A program made the translations under genes and the position numbers. Source: Methanobacteriota archaeon (GTDB lineage Archaea; Halobacteriota; Bog-38; Methanoflorentales; Methanoflorentaceae). Taken from it: a stretch of DNA of 64,000 nt. Below are positions 62,746-64,000 of this stretch, piece by piece. Positions within the stretch are counted from its first letter, which is position 1, and each line of letters starts with the position of its first letter. The stretch lies in NCBI GenBank assembly GCA_963720465.1, contig OY970393.1, positions 1,792,001-1,856,000 of the forward strand, read 5' to 3'. The notes beneath the pieces were generated by a model, which saw nothing but the letters and a program-made list of their open reading frames with translations, ran no database searches and was not told the origin of the DNA.

Positions 62746-63306
62746 ATGAAGCGAATTGCGTTTGGGTTAATCGTCTTATTATTAACTGCTACGGTGCTTA
62801 CCGCGGCGTTGATCACAAACTTTTCTAATCCTTTTGCCTCGTCAAAGTCCGATTACAGTGCCAATTTTGCAAAAAGCATTGGGAGTACAGGGTGGACTCC
62901 AATAAATCCAATATCACAGACAGCTGACAATGTGTACTCGGGTTCGCATAGAGCAAGCAGCGGAAATAGCAGCGAAAATAGAAGCTTTAATCTCACGGTG
63001 ACGATCGAGATCGCACAGTCCGCAGCTGTGGCACAAGAACGGTATGGACAGTTAGTGTTCCAAAAACAGAGTGACGGGTATACAAGAGGGAATAGCCAAC
63101 TTGGTAACTCGACCATATTTGGCGATACAAGCGCCTCGTGGTTTGGGTATACAACAAACAGCCCCGTAAGTGCAACGACGAATGCAACGACGAATGCATC
63201 GAGTAGTGTATCGACGTATACTCTTTTGTACGCCTACGATAAAGAGATTAATAACTGGGTTGTAGTAACTGAGACCGCAGATACGATCGGTCAAAACCTC
63301 AGCTGA
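62746..63306 (+). CDS. Secreted or surface Ser/Thr/Asn-rich protein
   Basis: N-terminal signal/TM; many N-X-S/T sequons. Confidence 0.7.
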   Translation: MKRIAFGLIVLLLTATVLTAALITNFSNPFASSKSDYSANFAKSIGSTGWTPINPISQTADNVYSGSHRASSGNSSENRSFNLTVTIEIAQSAAVAQERYGQLVFQKQSDGYTRGNSQLGNSTIFGDTSASWFGYTTNSPVSATTNATTNASSSVSTYTLLYAYDKEINNWVVVTETADTIGQNLS

Positions 63307-63710
63307 TCTTTGTTCCGTCTTTGTCCGGCCCCCCTTTTTTTTGGTGAACTAGCAGCAAGAAATATGCTACATCAAGCGCGAAACCGGGGTAATCTTGACA
63401 CTGCGATAAAATAATGCTTATAGGGGGGTCTGTTGCTCGAAATTAGCCATGCGCTGTCGATTGCGGAACCCGTTTTGTCGCGTCGCTTGGTATCTTAACG
63501 TCAAACGTGTTGAGCCGAGCTTAATATGGTTAGCGTTTACGATTGGAAGTCAAGCAGCCGTTGTGATTTTTGTTTTTCGGGCCATCGGACGATAAAAGAT
63601 GGGCCGCAGCTAAAACGACAAGACTTAAGCTATAACGCCGCCGTTTGCTTGTTTGATTCATTCTTTCGTCAAGGGGGGGAGAGCGTTAAAAAAGGAGTGT
63701 TGATAGGGAA

Positions 63711-63851
63711 ATGCAACCAGACGAAATAGAAGAAATAGACCACTTAAAGCGCATTGCAGACGCATCTGAAAATCTCGTAAAAATTGGTTGGGTCATATCT
63801 GTCTTGTTTATTGCACTGCTGGTGATACTACTGTCGTTGATATTTCTGTAG
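63711..63851 (+). CDS. 46-aa tail-anchored membrane microprotein
   Basis: MQPDEIEEIDHLKRIADASENLVKIGWVISVLFIALLVILLSLIFL; purine-rich upstream. Confidence 0.5.
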   Translation: MQPDEIEEIDHLKRIADASENLVKIGWVISVLFIALLVILLSLIFL

Positions 63852-64000
63852 GAACGATACGAGCGTACTAACACCGCATACTCCATTATGCGAGTTGAAC
63901 CTTTGGAACCTTTGAACTATAGGAACTGCGGTGTTCCTGCCGCAGAAGATAGCGGTCAAATAATAAAACTCCAATAAAGGAAGCAGCGCAGCGGCGAAGA

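Noticed and set aside
63894-63930. Short GAACCTTTG-like tandem repeats near the window end
   Set aside because: Too short and degenerate, with no spacers; not a CRISPR array.

Overview
Archaeal chromosomal window, probably from a methanogen-like member of Halobacteriota/Methanomicrobia (inferred from mptA, aIF-1A, two geranylgeranyl reductases, ahbABCD, an FwdC-like protein and bacterial-type uvrABC). Bases 1-35.5 kb are mostly housekeeping genes: pstSCAB-phoU, class I aldolase with a PfkB kinase, pyrF, tldD/pmbA, dedA, aIF-1A, mptA, pth2, truD, an EndoIII-like glycosylase, an RPA-associated protein, an FTR catalytic subunit, uvrBAC and a Ca/cation antiporter. Bases 35.5-64 kb are accessory-rich, with frameshifted or decayed genes, paralogous microproteins, an orphan excisionase and the ahbCDAB heme operon. 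I found no rRNA, tRNA, CRISPR array or transposase. Best unexplained signals: (1) a ~0.5 kb non-coding element present twice (14.5-15.0 kb and 41.5-42.1 kb). Its conserved blocks keep the same spacing within 2 bp, include ORB-like and TATA-like boxes, and end in a 67-68 nt hairpin that recurs a third time at 43.8 kb with changed but still pairing stems. (2) Two ribbon-helix-helix (RHH) coiled-coil proteins with an amphipathic tail, one beside that element and one behind a GCTGCA array, forming a candidate DNA-membrane tethering or segregation system. (3) Probable CUG initiation of aIF-1A and of the RPA-associated gene. All family assignments come from motif recognition by eye; no searches were run.
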